64,000 nucleotides of DNA. It comes from Polyangiaceae bacterium. GTDB taxonomy: Bacteria > Myxococcota_A > Polyangia > Polyangiales > Polyangiaceae. Below, piece after piece: positions 10,429-19,917 of the stretch (position 1 is the first letter of the stretch; every line of letters begins with the position of its first letter). A program made the translations under genes and the position numbers. The DNA lies in the NCBI GenBank assembly GCA_044222475.1, contig JBGANF010000009.1, forward strand, positions 1 to 64,000. The letters are read 5' to 3'. The notes under the pieces are model-generated. The model saw nothing but the letters and a program-made list of their open reading frames with translations, ran no database searches and was not told where the DNA came from.

Positions 10429-12980
10429 TGCACACGCTTCACGACTACGTGGCGAAGCAGCTCGCCGACAAGATCAAGTCCCGGCGTGTCGTCGTCTGGT
10501 TCGACGAGCGCGGCGAGTTCCAGCCGTTCGTAGACGAGGTGCGCGGAGGTCCGCGGACCGTGAGCGAGCCCGTTCCCGTGGCTGTCGCGGGCGCGAAGGC
10601 GAGCCTCGCCGAGTACGCGGGCTCAATGTTCGAGCTGCGCGCGGTCGTCGAGCCGCACGTGAATGGCGACACTCCAGCCCCCGTCGTGATCTACATCCCG
10701 GGCGTCACGCGCGATCGGCGCGCGTCGGTGCTGATGGAGCTCGAGAAGGCCGGCACGACATGGGAGCCGCAGCTCAAGCAGCTCGCCAAGAACGTCCTGC
10801 TCCAGAAGTACACCCTCGGCGTCGTCGACGAGATGCTGCCCTTCGACCGCAAGGTCTCCTACGAGGACCTCGCGCGCGCGGCAGCCGGCAACTCTGGCGC
10901 GGAGCCGCCGTCGATCCTGAAGAGCATCTTCCACGACGCCAGCGGCAACGACGGGCTCCTCACGGCGTGGCTCGTGAGCGATGCACGCGACCCGGAGATC
11001 GTGAGCAAGGAGGCGACGCGGGAGTTGACCAAGCTCGTGAAGGCGCGGCTGGGGCTCGACCTCGTTGCGGACTCACCGCTCGCGAAGCTTCGCGCCATCA
11101 CGCTGCGCTACGTGCTCGCGGGCGAGTTCCGCCTCGACCTGTCCTGTGACGCGCCCGCGTCGCTCGACAGCGTCGGGAAGCCGCCGACGAAGGACGAGGA
11201 GTCGGCCGTGCGCGAGATCGCGCGGCGCCTGCGCACCGGCCACGCCGATGCCTACGCGGCGCTCGCGGACCGCGTGGAGGAGGAACTCGGGCTGAAGAAC
11301 GCGAAGCTGCCTCCGGGCGCGCTGGGCTCCATCGACACGTTCCGCTTCGAGGAGCGCGCGCTCCTTCGCCACGCGGGCGACCTCATCTCGAACGGCAAGT
11401 TCGGCGAGGCGCTCGCGCTCGTTGCGGACCGAGAGCAGAGCTTCTGGCTTGACCGAGACGTCAGCAGGAAGGCCCAGTGGGAAGCCACTCGGCGCATGGC
11501 CGAGCTGGGCAACGTCGCGATGGAAGTGCGAAAGGCCGTCAACAAGACCTCGGGAGACGCCGCCACGTGGCTCGATGCCTACGTGTCGAAGGACGGGTGG
11601 TTCCGTCTCGACCAGGCCCAGCGCCGCCTCGAGGCCTGGGTGGCGAACCTCGACGAGGAGCCCGAGGAGCGCCCGCTCGGTGTGGTCCGGCGCGCCCACG
11701 AGGACACGTGCCACGCGATGGCGGAAGGCTTCACCAAGGCGCTCGTGAAGGCCGGGTGGACCGTGCCCGGAGCCCTCCACCAGACGCGCGTCTGGAGCGA
11801 GGTCGTCGCCGACAAGCCGAAGCCCGTCGCCTACTTCCTCGTCGACGCGATGCGCTTCGAGATGGGCGTCGAGCTCGCCGAGCGTTTGCCGAAGACCTCC
11901 GAGGTCTCCGTGCGCGCCGCCGTGGGCGCGCTGCCCAGCATCACACCCATCGGCATGGCGGCCCTGCAGCCCGGCGCCTCCGCGAGCTTCTCGGTCGTTG
12001 AACAGGGCGGCAAGCTCGGTGCTCGCATCGACGACAGCTTCCTGCCCGACCTCGTCACCCGAAAGAAGCACGCTGCCGCGCGTGTGCCGAAGCTCGTCGA
12101 CCTTGCGCTCGACGAGCTGCTGAGCCTCCAGCCGTCGAAGCTCTCGAAGAAGCTCGACGGCGCGCAGGTGGTCGTCGTCCGCTCGCAGGAGATCGATCAC
12201 GCCGGCGAGACGGGCTTCACGTTCCAGGCGCGGCAGGTGATGGACACGGTCATCGACAACCTCGCGCGCGCGATTCGCAAGCTCGCGGCGGCGGGCATCG
12301 AGCACGCGGTGGTCAGCGCCGACCACGGCCACCTGTTCTTCGCCAACGACCGCGACGAGTCGATGCGCACCGACGCCCCCGGCGGGAACACGGTGGAGTT
12401 GCACCGACGTTGCTGGATCGGTCGCGGCGGGGCCACATCGGCGGGCTGCGTGCGCGTGGCCGCGTCGTCGCTCGGCTACGCCTCGGACCTCGAGTTCGTC
12501 TTCCCTGCGGCGACCGGGGTCTTCAAGGCGGGAGGCGATCTCGCCTTCCATCACGGCGGCCCCTCGCTTCAGGAGCTTGTCGTTCCGGTGCTGACCGTGC
12601 GCACGAAGGTGCGCGAGTCCGTCCGTCCGTCGGCGGGTCCCATCGAGGCGATCGGGCTGCCCGATGCGGTGACCAACCGCATCTTCAGCGTCACGTTCAC
12701 CTACGGCGCGAAGCAGATGCTGCTGGGTGCTGCGGGCATTCAGGTTCGGCCGCTGTTGATGGCGGCCGGTAAGCAGGTGGGTTCGGTGGGCATGGCGGTC
12801 GACGCGCAGTTCGACCGCGCGACCGGCACCGTGAAGCTCGAGCCGAACAAGCCGGTGACCATCGCATTCCTGCTCAGCGATGAGAGCGCCGCCTCGTTGC
12901 GCGTCGTGGTGCAGGACCCGACGACCGACGCGGAGCTGTACCGCTCGCCCACCGACATCCCGGTTCGACTTGGAGTGTGA
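10428..12980 (+). CDS. pglZ: BREX alkaline-phosphatase-superfamily protein PglZ
   Basis: ATG at 10428 (TGATG overlap); VDAMRFEMG, LPSITPIGMAAL, ADHGH, HHGGPSLQE. Confidence 0.93.
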   Translation: MHTLHDYVAKQLADKIKSRRVVVWFDERGEFQPFVDEVRGGPRTVSEPVPVAVAGAKASLAEYAGSMFELRAVVEPHVNGDTPAPVVIYIPGVTRDRRASVLMELEKAGTTWEPQLKQLAKNVLLQKYTLGVVDEMLPFDRKVSYEDLARAAAGNSGAEPPSILKSIFHDASGNDGLLTAWLVSDARDPEIVSKEATRELTKLVKARLGLDLVADSPLAKLRAITLRYVLAGEFRLDLSCDAPASLDSVGKPPTKDEESAVREIARRLRTGHADAYAALADRVEEELGLKNAKLPPGALGSIDTFRFEERALLRHAGDLISNGKFGEALALVADREQSFWLDRDVSRKAQWEATRRMAELGNVAMEVRKAVNKTSGDAATWLDAYVSKDGWFRLDQAQRRLEAWVANLDEEPEERPLGVVRRAHEDTCHAMAEGFTKALVKAGWTVPGALHQTRVWSEVVADKPKPVAYFLVDAMRFEMGVELAERLPKTSEVSVRAAVGALPSITPIGMAALQPGASASFSVVEQGGKLGARIDDSFLPDLVTRKKHAAARVPKLVDLALDELLSLQPSKLSKKLDGAQVVVVRSQEIDHAGETGFTFQARQVMDTVIDNLARAIRKLAAAGIEHAVVSADHGHLFFANDRDESMRTDAPGGNTVELHRRCWIGRGGATSAGCVRVAASSLGYASDLEFVFPAATGVFKAGGDLAFHHGGPSLQELVVPVLTVRTKVRESVRPSAGPIEAIGLPDAVTNRIFSVTFTYGAKQMLLGAAGIQVRPLLMAAGKQVGSVGMAVDAQFDRATGTVKLEPNKPVTIAFLLSDESAASLRVVVQDPTTDAELYRSPTDIPVRLGV

Positions 12981-12983
12981 TCC

Positions 12984-15023
12984 ATGAGCAACGGAACAAT
13001 CCCCACACGAGATGCACTCGACGACAAGGTCAACCGCCTCTTCGCGGGGAAGGTGGTGCGCAAGGACCTCGTCCGAAAGGTGAAGGTCGGCGCCAACGTG
13101 CCGGTCTTCGTCCTCGAGTTCCTCCTCGGGAAGTACTGCGCCTCCTCCGACGAGATCGCGATCCAGATGGGGCTGCAGGTCGTCAACGACACGCTCGCGA
13201 ACAACTACATCCGCTCCGACGAGTCGATGAAGGCGCAGGCGATGGTCAAGGATCGCGGGCGGCACACCTTCATCGACAAGGTGAAGATCCGCCTCGTCGA
13301 CTCGGACTACTGGGCCGAGGTCACGAACTTCGGCCACAAGAACGTCCACGTGCCCGAGCACTACGTGCGCGACTACGAGCGCCTCGTGATGGGCGGCGTC
13401 TGGTCGCAGGTCGACATGCGCTTCGAGTACGACGAGGAGTCGCGCGGCAAGAACCCGTTCTGGATCGACAAGCTCACGCCCATCCAGATCGCCACCTTCG
13501 ACCTCGAGGAGTACCGCCGCGTCCGGGGCGAGTTCACGACCGACGAGTGGCTCGACCTCATCATGCGCAGCATGGGGTACGAGCCGGGCGAGATGTCGCG
13601 GCGCCTGAAGCTGCTGTTCCTCGTGCGCCTCATCCCGCTCGCGGAGCGCAACTACAACATGGTCGAGCTCGGGCCTCGCGGTACGGGCAAGAGCTACGTC
13701 GTCCAGGAGGTCTCACCGTACTCGGCGCTGCTCACCGGCGGCACCACGGTGGCCAACCTCTTCGGCCACATGAACGGCCGCCAGAAGGGAATGGTGCAGA
13801 TCTGGGACGTCGTCGGCTTCGACGAGGTCGCCGACCTGCAGAAGATGCCGAAGGAGGTCATCACGACGATGAAGACCTACTGCGAGTCCGGCACCTTCCA
13901 GCGCGGGCAGGAGGCGGTCTCGGGTGACGCGAGCATCGCGATGTTCGGCAACACCAACCAACCCGTCGACGTGATGGTTCAGACCGGCCACCTCTTCGCG
14001 CCGATGCCCGACATCATCCGCGACGACATGGCCTTCATCGACCGCATGCACTTCTACCTCCCGGGCTGGGAGATCCCGAAGATGCGGAACGACCTCTTCA
14101 CGAACCACTACGGGTTCGTGGTCGACTACCTCGCCGAGGCGCTCCGCGAGATGCGGAAGCACAACTTCACCGAGGTCATCGATCGGCACTTCTCGCTGGG
14201 CGCGCACCTCAACGCCCGCGACCGCAAGGCGGTGCGCAAGAGCGTCTCGGGTCTCATGAAGATCCTCTTCCCGCACGGCGAGATCGCGCAGGAGGAGCTT
14301 GCCGAGATCCTCGAGCTCGCCGTCGAAGGCCGCCGCCGCGTGAAGGAGCAGCTCAAGAAGATGGGCTCCTTCGAGTACTACCACACGTCCTTCAGCTACT
14401 CGGACAACGAGACCGGCGAGGAGAAGTTCGTCGGCGTGCCCGAGCAGGGCGGCCGCGACCTCATCTCCACCGATCCGCTGGCCCCTGGCACCGTCTACAG
14501 CGCGGGCGTCACGTCCGACGGCACCGTCGGCCTCTACCGCGTCGAGGTCTCCGTCTCGAGCGGCACCGGCAAGCTCAAGCTCGCCGGCGGCGTGGCCGGC
14601 GCGATGAAGGAGTCCGTCCAGCGCGCATTCAGCTTCCTGCAGGCAAAGAAGACCGAGCTCGGCATCGCTCGCGACCTCGACGTCTCGGACATCCACGTCG
14701 AGGTGATCGACCTCCTCGCGAACCGCGTCGAGGCCGAGCTCGGCGTGGCGTTCTTCGTCGCCTGCTACTCCGCGCTGCGAAAGGCGCCCGTCAGTCCCGC
14801 GCTCCTCATCCTGGGCGACATGAGCGTCCAGGGGAACATCAAGCCCCTGCGCTCACTCACCGAGCCCCTCCAGGTCGCGAAGGACAACGGCGCCAAGCGC
14901 GCCCTCATCCCCATCGAAAACAAGCGGAACTTCCTCGACGTCAGCGCCGACATCATGGAGCACGTCGACCCGATCTTCTTCGGCGACCCGAAGACCGCAG
15001 CGATGAAGGTGCTGGGGGGGTGA
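12984..15023 (+). CDS. brxL: BREX Lon-like AAA+ protein BrxL
   Basis: VPVFVLEFLLGKYC, Walker A ELGPRGTGKS, VGFDEVAD, AFIDRMHFYLPGWEIPK; C-terminal Lon-like domain lacks a recognisable GPSAG catalytic Ser motif. Confidence 0.93.
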   Translation: MSNGTIPTRDALDDKVNRLFAGKVVRKDLVRKVKVGANVPVFVLEFLLGKYCASSDEIAIQMGLQVVNDTLANNYIRSDESMKAQAMVKDRGRHTFIDKVKIRLVDSDYWAEVTNFGHKNVHVPEHYVRDYERLVMGGVWSQVDMRFEYDEESRGKNPFWIDKLTPIQIATFDLEEYRRVRGEFTTDEWLDLIMRSMGYEPGEMSRRLKLLFLVRLIPLAERNYNMVELGPRGTGKSYVVQEVSPYSALLTGGTTVANLFGHMNGRQKGMVQIWDVVGFDEVADLQKMPKEVITTMKTYCESGTFQRGQEAVSGDASIAMFGNTNQPVDVMVQTGHLFAPMPDIIRDDMAFIDRMHFYLPGWEIPKMRNDLFTNHYGFVVDYLAEALREMRKHNFTEVIDRHFSLGAHLNARDRKAVRKSVSGLMKILFPHGEIAQEELAEILELAVEGRRRVKEQLKKMGSFEYYHTSFSYSDNETGEEKFVGVPEQGGRDLISTDPLAPGTVYSAGVTSDGTVGLYRVEVSVSSGTGKLKLAGGVAGAMKESVQRAFSFLQAKKTELGIARDLDVSDIHVEVIDLLANRVEAELGVAFFVACYSALRKAPVSPALLILGDMSVQGNIKPLRSLTEPLQVAKDNGAKRALIPIENKRNFLDVSADIMEHVDPIFFGDPKTAAMKVLGG

Positions 15024-17077
15024 CGATGACGACCAAATTCCCGCTGCTCGTTCAGTTCGAGTTCCACCCGGCGTCGAAGGAGGCGGCTGCCGCAGCAGAG
15101 TACTTGCACGAGGTGTTGAACGCGGACCCGGCGGTGCCGGGCCTTCAGATCCCGACGTGCTTCACGCCCAACGACGGCTCGGGAGAACCGCCGGAACCTG
15201 CCATCGCCACCGAGGCCGACCGCGTGCTCGTGGTGTTGCTGGCGGATGACCATCTGGCGGTTGCTGCGAGCAAACGGACGAAGAGCGGAAGGACGTGGGG
15301 TGAGTACGCGACCAAGCTCCGCGAGATCACCGAGGCCGCTGGGCACCGCTTCATGCCAGTGCAGCTCACCGAGAGCGCGTGGCCCATCGACAAGCGGCTA
15401 GACGACACGAACTTCCTTCGAGCGTGGGCGATCGACGGGGTCGAAGAGCGGCACAAGTTCATCGCGCGGCGTCTCGTTCATCTGCTGATTCGAAGGCTAC
15501 GGCCACGCACGGAGAACGAGGACGCACCGCCGGTCACGATCTTCCTCAGCCACACCAAGATGGACCTCGAGCACGAGCCGCGCGTCGTGAAGACGCTCCT
15601 CGCCCACTTGACGGCCACCCAGCCCGAAAAGACCTGGTTCGACAGTGGCGACATCTCGACGGGATCGCGATTCGCGCACGAGATCGAGAAAGGGGTCAAG
15701 GACTCTGCGCTGCTGGCGATCGTGACCGACTCGTACTCGTCTCGTTCATGGTGCCGGAAGGAGGTACTCTTCGCGAAGCACCATCAACGGCCGGTCGTCA
15801 TCGTCGACGCCGTTCAGGAACGAGAGACTCGCCGCTTTCCGTACTCTGGCAACACGCCGGTCATTCGCTGGAAGGCTCAGGACGCCCAGGGCGTCGTGGA
15901 CCTCCTCCTTCGTGAGGTGCTCCGTCACGCCTATGCCGAAGAGAGCCTGAAGCAGCGCAAGCGTGAAGGAGATGTGGTCCTGCCGGCAGGCCCCGAGTTG
16001 GTGACCATCGTTCACCACAGGAAGGACAAGGACCAGCCCGTCGTCCTGTACCCAGATCCGCCCCTCGGGCCCGAGGAGCTGGAGGTGCTTGAGCGTTCGG
16101 GCGTGCGGGTCGAGACGCCCCTGCAGCGCCACGCGCTTGCCCACGACCTTCGCAGCCGCAACCTCACGGTTGCGTTGTCGGTGTCGGGCGCCGAGGACCT
16201 TGGTCGTTACGGCCTGCGAAGCGCCCACCTGGACTCGATCCTCCTCGATCTGTCTCGTTACCTGCTCGTGGCTGGGATCCGGCTGGCCTACGGCGGACAC
16301 CTCGGGCCCGAGGGTTACACGCTGCGTCTCGCTGACCTTCTCCGCGACCCCATCGTGGAGCAACTCCGGGGCATGCCCATAACGGAGCAGGTTGCTGCCG
16401 AGCTCGTCACGTACCTCCCGTGGCCGATGCTCGCCTCGGTTCGCGACGAGGCTCGCCTCGGTCCGCTCGTCGAGATGCTTCGTTGCGACCGACCGACGGA
16501 CATCGACGAATTGCTCGACCCTTCCTTCGTCGCGACGCCCGACGTCGAGGTTCCAGCCGACACACCTGTTCGTCGCTTCGCGTGGTCCAGAGGGCTGACC
16601 GCGATGCGGGAGCGACAGACGACCGAGATGAGCGCGCGCGTCGTGGTTGGAGGAAAACTCGGGCGGCGAGACAGCCCCTACCTTGGCCGAATGCCTGGCG
16701 TCCTTGAGGAATCACTCTTCGCCATTCGGGCGCAGCGCCCGGTCTACCTCATCGGTGCGTTCGGGGGCTGCGCGCGGCTTGTGCTCGACGCGCTTGATGG
16801 GATCGAGCGCGCTGAGCTGACCTCGGCGTACCATGAGGCGCTGCCGCACGCGCCCGAGCTGAAGAAGCTTTACGCGGACCGCGGCGTGAAGTGGGACGAG
16901 TTCGAGAGCATCGCCGCCGAGCTGAAAGCGTGCGGCATCTCGGGGCTCAAGAACGGACTGACCGTCGAGGAGAACCGTGAGCTCGCGACCTCGCGCTCGG
17001 CCGAGCGCATCGTCGAGCTGGTTCTTCATGGGCTGCAGCAATTCAACCAGCCAGCAGCCGCTGGCAGCGGGGAGTGA
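15020..17077 (+). CDS. TIR + SLOG domain protein (alternative start 15026)
   Basis: TIR: IFLSHTK..WFDSGDI..YSSRSWCRKEVLFAK; SLOG-type: LSVS..LAYGGHL..LTAMRE..VVVGGK..GRMPGVLEE..YLIGAFGG. Confidence 0.82.
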   Translation: MTMTTKFPLLVQFEFHPASKEAAAAAEYLHEVLNADPAVPGLQIPTCFTPNDGSGEPPEPAIATEADRVLVVLLADDHLAVAASKRTKSGRTWGEYATKLREITEAAGHRFMPVQLTESAWPIDKRLDDTNFLRAWAIDGVEERHKFIARRLVHLLIRRLRPRTENEDAPPVTIFLSHTKMDLEHEPRVVKTLLAHLTATQPEKTWFDSGDISTGSRFAHEIEKGVKDSALLAIVTDSYSSRSWCRKEVLFAKHHQRPVVIVDAVQERETRRFPYSGNTPVIRWKAQDAQGVVDLLLREVLRHAYAEESLKQRKREGDVVLPAGPELVTIVHHRKDKDQPVVLYPDPPLGPEELEVLERSGVRVETPLQRHALAHDLRSRNLTVALSVSGAEDLGRYGLRSAHLDSILLDLSRYLLVAGIRLAYGGHLGPEGYTLRLADLLRDPIVEQLRGMPITEQVAAELVTYLPWPMLASVRDEARLGPLVEMLRCDRPTDIDELLDPSFVATPDVEVPADTPVRRFAWSRGLTAMRERQTTEMSARVVVGGKLGRRDSPYLGRMPGVLEESLFAIRAQRPVYLIGAFGGCARLVLDALDGIERAELTSAYHEALPHAPELKKLYADRGVKWDEFESIAAELKACGISGLKNGLTVEENRELATSRSAERIVELVLHGLQQFNQPAAAGSGE

Positions 17078-17082
17078 GGAGC

Positions 17083-17565
17083 ATGTCGGACAAGAAGAAC
17101 ATCTTCATCTCTCACGTCCACGAAGACGACTCCCTGCTGCCGAAGCTGAAAGACCTCATCTCGAAAGCAGGCATGGAAGTCCGCGACGGGTCGATCAACA
17201 GCGACAAGCCCAACGCGGCGTCGAACGAGGACTACATCAAGCGCGACATCCTCGCGCCGCGCATCCAGTGGGCCAGCACGCTGGTCGTCCTGATCACCCA
17301 TGACACCGCCCAGAGCGATTGGGTGAACTGGGAGATCAAGTACGCCATCGAACAGGGGAAGAACGTCGTCGGCGTGTACGCTCAGGGCGCCACGGACGCT
17401 GACATCCCCGAAGAGTTGGCAAAGCACGCTGCGGCCATCGTCGGCTGGCAGAGCGACCGGGTTGTCGACGCCATCAACGGCAACATCACCGGGTGGGACG
17501 ACCCCGCAACCGGGGCACCACGCACCACGGGGGAGTGGACGGTCAAGAGGTATAGCTGCGGATGA
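17083..17565 (+). CDS. TIR-like (DUF1863/ThsB-like) protein
   Basis: NIFISHVHED, TLVVLITHDTAQSDWVNWEIKYA; GAGGA RBS before the ATG at 17083. Confidence 0.88.
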   Translation: MSDKKNIFISHVHEDDSLLPKLKDLISKAGMEVRDGSINSDKPNAASNEDYIKRDILAPRIQWASTLVVLITHDTAQSDWVNWEIKYAIEQGKNVVGVYAQGATDADIPEELAKHAAAIVGWQSDRVVDAINGNITGWDDPATGAPRTTGEWTVKRYSCG

Positions 17566-18242
17566 AGCTCTACTCGTACGTCGTCGCGCGCGATTTCGGG
17601 TTCGCTCCGAACCCGTTCTTCGGGTTCTGCACGTTGGCCACGTGCAAGCCGAAGATTCGCGAGCACGCGTCCGTTGGAGATTGGGTCGTCGGCACCGGTG
17701 CAAAGGTCCGCTATGGGTACTCGGGCCGTCTCATCTATGCGATGCAGGTGAGCGAGGTCCTCGACTTCAACACGTACTGGAGCGACCCACGGTTTATCCA
17801 GAAGCGGCCGAACCTTACCGGCAGTCTGCAGGTCCTCTACGGAGACAACATCTACCACCGTGTCGGCAAGCGTTGGATGCAGGCCGATTCTCACCACAGC
17901 AAGGAGAAGGGCCGCCTTGATAAGGACAACCTCGCGTGGGACACGGGCGTCGATCGCCTGCTCGTCGCGAGCAAGTTCGTCTACTGGGGGCGCTCAGCCC
18001 CGACGATCCCGAAGAGGTTCCGGGCGTTCGGCAAGGAGAAGGACGACATCTGCGCTGGCAGAGGCCATCGCGTGTTTCACAACGAGCTGCCCGCTGCGTT
18101 CGCGGCATGGCTCGAGGAAGAGAACAAGTGGGGCGTCCAAGGAGAGCCCTTGGAGTTCGCGAAGCACCAGCGCGCATCTTCGACGCCGTCCAAGAATACG
18201 CAGCCGCGCTCGAAGACGACCCCTCGACGGAGAGCGCGATGA
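17562..18242 (+). CDS. Nucleotide modification associated domain 2 (Nmad2-like) protein
   Basis: YSYVVARDFGFAPNPFFGFCTLATCKPKIR..GDWVVG..YGDNIY. Confidence 0.82.
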   Translation: MKLYSYVVARDFGFAPNPFFGFCTLATCKPKIREHASVGDWVVGTGAKVRYGYSGRLIYAMQVSEVLDFNTYWSDPRFIQKRPNLTGSLQVLYGDNIYHRVGKRWMQADSHHSKEKGRLDKDNLAWDTGVDRLLVASKFVYWGRSAPTIPKRFRAFGKEKDDICAGRGHRVFHNELPAAFAAWLEEENKWGVQGEPLEFAKHQRASSTPSKNTQPRSKTTPRRRAR

Positions 18243-19378
18243 CGGCGGACGTCGAACGGGCTTGGCTCCTCGAGTTCGCTGCGCTCGCAGCGAAGACGGA
18301 CAAGTTCAAAGACAAGCCGGACCACGCGGCGCTGCTCGCTGCAGGCCTGATCGGCGAAGCGGGGAGCGTCGTCTCCGAACTCAAGAAGAAGCGCCGCGAG
18401 CGCGAGGCCTACCCGGTCTACCGCGAGAGGATGGTCGAGGAGATCGGGGACTTCCTCTGGTACTTCGTGCGCCTCGCTGCGGTCGTCGCGCCCGGCCTGC
18501 TCGAAGAACTCCCCGTGCCGGGCAAGATCGTGCTTCCGGCGACAGACGGTCCTCAGCTCACGGGGCACCTCGACTTCGGAGCGGCAGTGGGCGAAGTCCT
18601 CGCGGCGGTCAGCACGTCGAAGCACGATGACATGCGGACACGTCTGGGCCGCACGTGGGCGTTGCTGACGGTGATCAGCAACGACGCGGACGTCTGCCTC
18701 CGCGACGCCGCTGAGCGCAACACGGCGAAGACCAGGAGCCGCTGGCCCGACGAGAAGCGCTACGCGCCCCTCTTCGACGACGCCTTCCCGGTGGAAGAGC
18801 AGCTTCCCCGATGGCTTCACGTGGACTTTCTCGAGCGAACGCGCGGCTCACACAGAGCCGTCATCCTACGGTGCAACGACATCAACTTCGGCGACCGACT
18901 CACCGACAACATCGAGGACCCCGACGGCTACCGCTTCCACGACATCTTCCACTTCGCCTATGCCGTGCATCTCGGGTGGTCGCCGGTCGTGCGTGCGCTC
19001 ATGCGGACCAAACGCAAGAGCAACTCGAAGATCGACGAGGCGCAGGACGGCGCGCGGGCCGGGATCGTCGAGGAAGCGGTCGCGGCGATCGTCTTCAGCC
19101 GCGCCAAGCAGCTCAAGTTCTTCGAGGGGCTCGATCACGTCGACCTCGACCTGCTGAAGACGGTCAAGGAGTTCGTCGAGGGCTTCGAGGTCGAGTGTGT
19201 ACCGCTGTGGCAGTGGGAGACAGCGATCCTCGACGGCTACCGCGTCTTTCGCTCCTTGTGCGCAGGTCCGGGTGGACGCGTCACGCTCGACCTCGGCGCC
19301 CGCCAACTCACCTACGCGCCCCACGTTGCGAGCGACGACCAGCAGCGGCTGCCGTCAACTTCGCGAGGAGCACCATGA
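18239..19378 (+). CDS. MazG-like NTP pyrophosphohydrolase with MazG C-terminal domain
   Basis: GLIGEAGSVVSELKK..EEIGDFLWY; C-terminal GDRLTDN..DGYRFHDIFH..LGWSPV..KRKS..DEAQDGARA..EE. Confidence 0.85.
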   Translation: MTADVERAWLLEFAALAAKTDKFKDKPDHAALLAAGLIGEAGSVVSELKKKRREREAYPVYRERMVEEIGDFLWYFVRLAAVVAPGLLEELPVPGKIVLPATDGPQLTGHLDFGAAVGEVLAAVSTSKHDDMRTRLGRTWALLTVISNDADVCLRDAAERNTAKTRSRWPDEKRYAPLFDDAFPVEEQLPRWLHVDFLERTRGSHRAVILRCNDINFGDRLTDNIEDPDGYRFHDIFHFAYAVHLGWSPVVRALMRTKRKSNSKIDEAQDGARAGIVEEAVAAIVFSRAKQLKFFEGLDHVDLDLLKTVKEFVEGFEVECVPLWQWETAILDGYRVFRSLCAGPGGRVTLDLGARQLTYAPHVASDDQQRLPSTSRGAP

Positions 19379-19917
19379 GCAACAGACACAAGGTCTTCGT
19401 CAGTTATCACCACGCACTCGACGAGGCGTACAAGACGAAGTTCGAGCGATTTGGCAGCATCTTCGACGTCCTCGTCCCGGGCTCGGTGAACGATGGAGAC
19501 ATCGACTCGAACCTGCCTGCCGAGACGATCCGTCAGAAGATCCGCGACGAGTACCTCCGCGATACCTCGGTCACGGTCGTCTTGATCGGCGCCGAGACGT
19601 GGCAACGGAAGCACATCGACTGGGAGATCGGTTCGTCGATTCGACAGACGGCGTACAACCCGCGTTCCGGCCTTCTGGGCATCTTGCTGCCGACGTACCC
19701 GCGCACCGACGCGTCGAAGTACAACCCGCGCACCATTCCGCCGCGCCTCTACGACAACATCAAGTGCGAGTTCGCGACCATCTTCAATTGGTCTGACAAC
19801 CCCACGACGGTCCAAGGCTGGATTCACGACGCCTACCTACGGAAGAGCACGAAGCAGCCCGACAACTCCCGAGAGTCGTTTGGCAAGAATCGCACGGGGA
19901 GCGCATGGACCGACTGA
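19375..19917 (+). CDS. TIR-like (DUF1863/ThsB-like) protein
   Basis: HKVFVSYHH, IRDEYLRDTSVTVVLIGAETWQRKHIDWEIGSS, IPPRLYDN. Confidence 0.9.
   Translation: MSNRHKVFVSYHHALDEAYKTKFERFGSIFDVLVPGSVNDGDIDSNLPAETIRQKIRDEYLRDTSVTVVLIGAETWQRKHIDWEIGSSIRQTAYNPRSGLLGILLPTYPRTDASKYNPRTIPPRLYDNIKCEFATIFNWSDNPTTVQGWIHDAYLRKSTKQPDNSRESFGKNRTGSAWTD

Noticed and set aside
15014..15020. G7 tract at the brxL stop; a +1 slip would fuse BrxL to TIR-SLOG
   Set aside because: Seven Gs is short and expected in a high-GC genome; no evidence of phase variation
15020..19917. Canonical Thoeris type I or II
   Set aside because: ThsB-like TIRs are present, but there is no SIR2-SLOG or TM-macro ThsA
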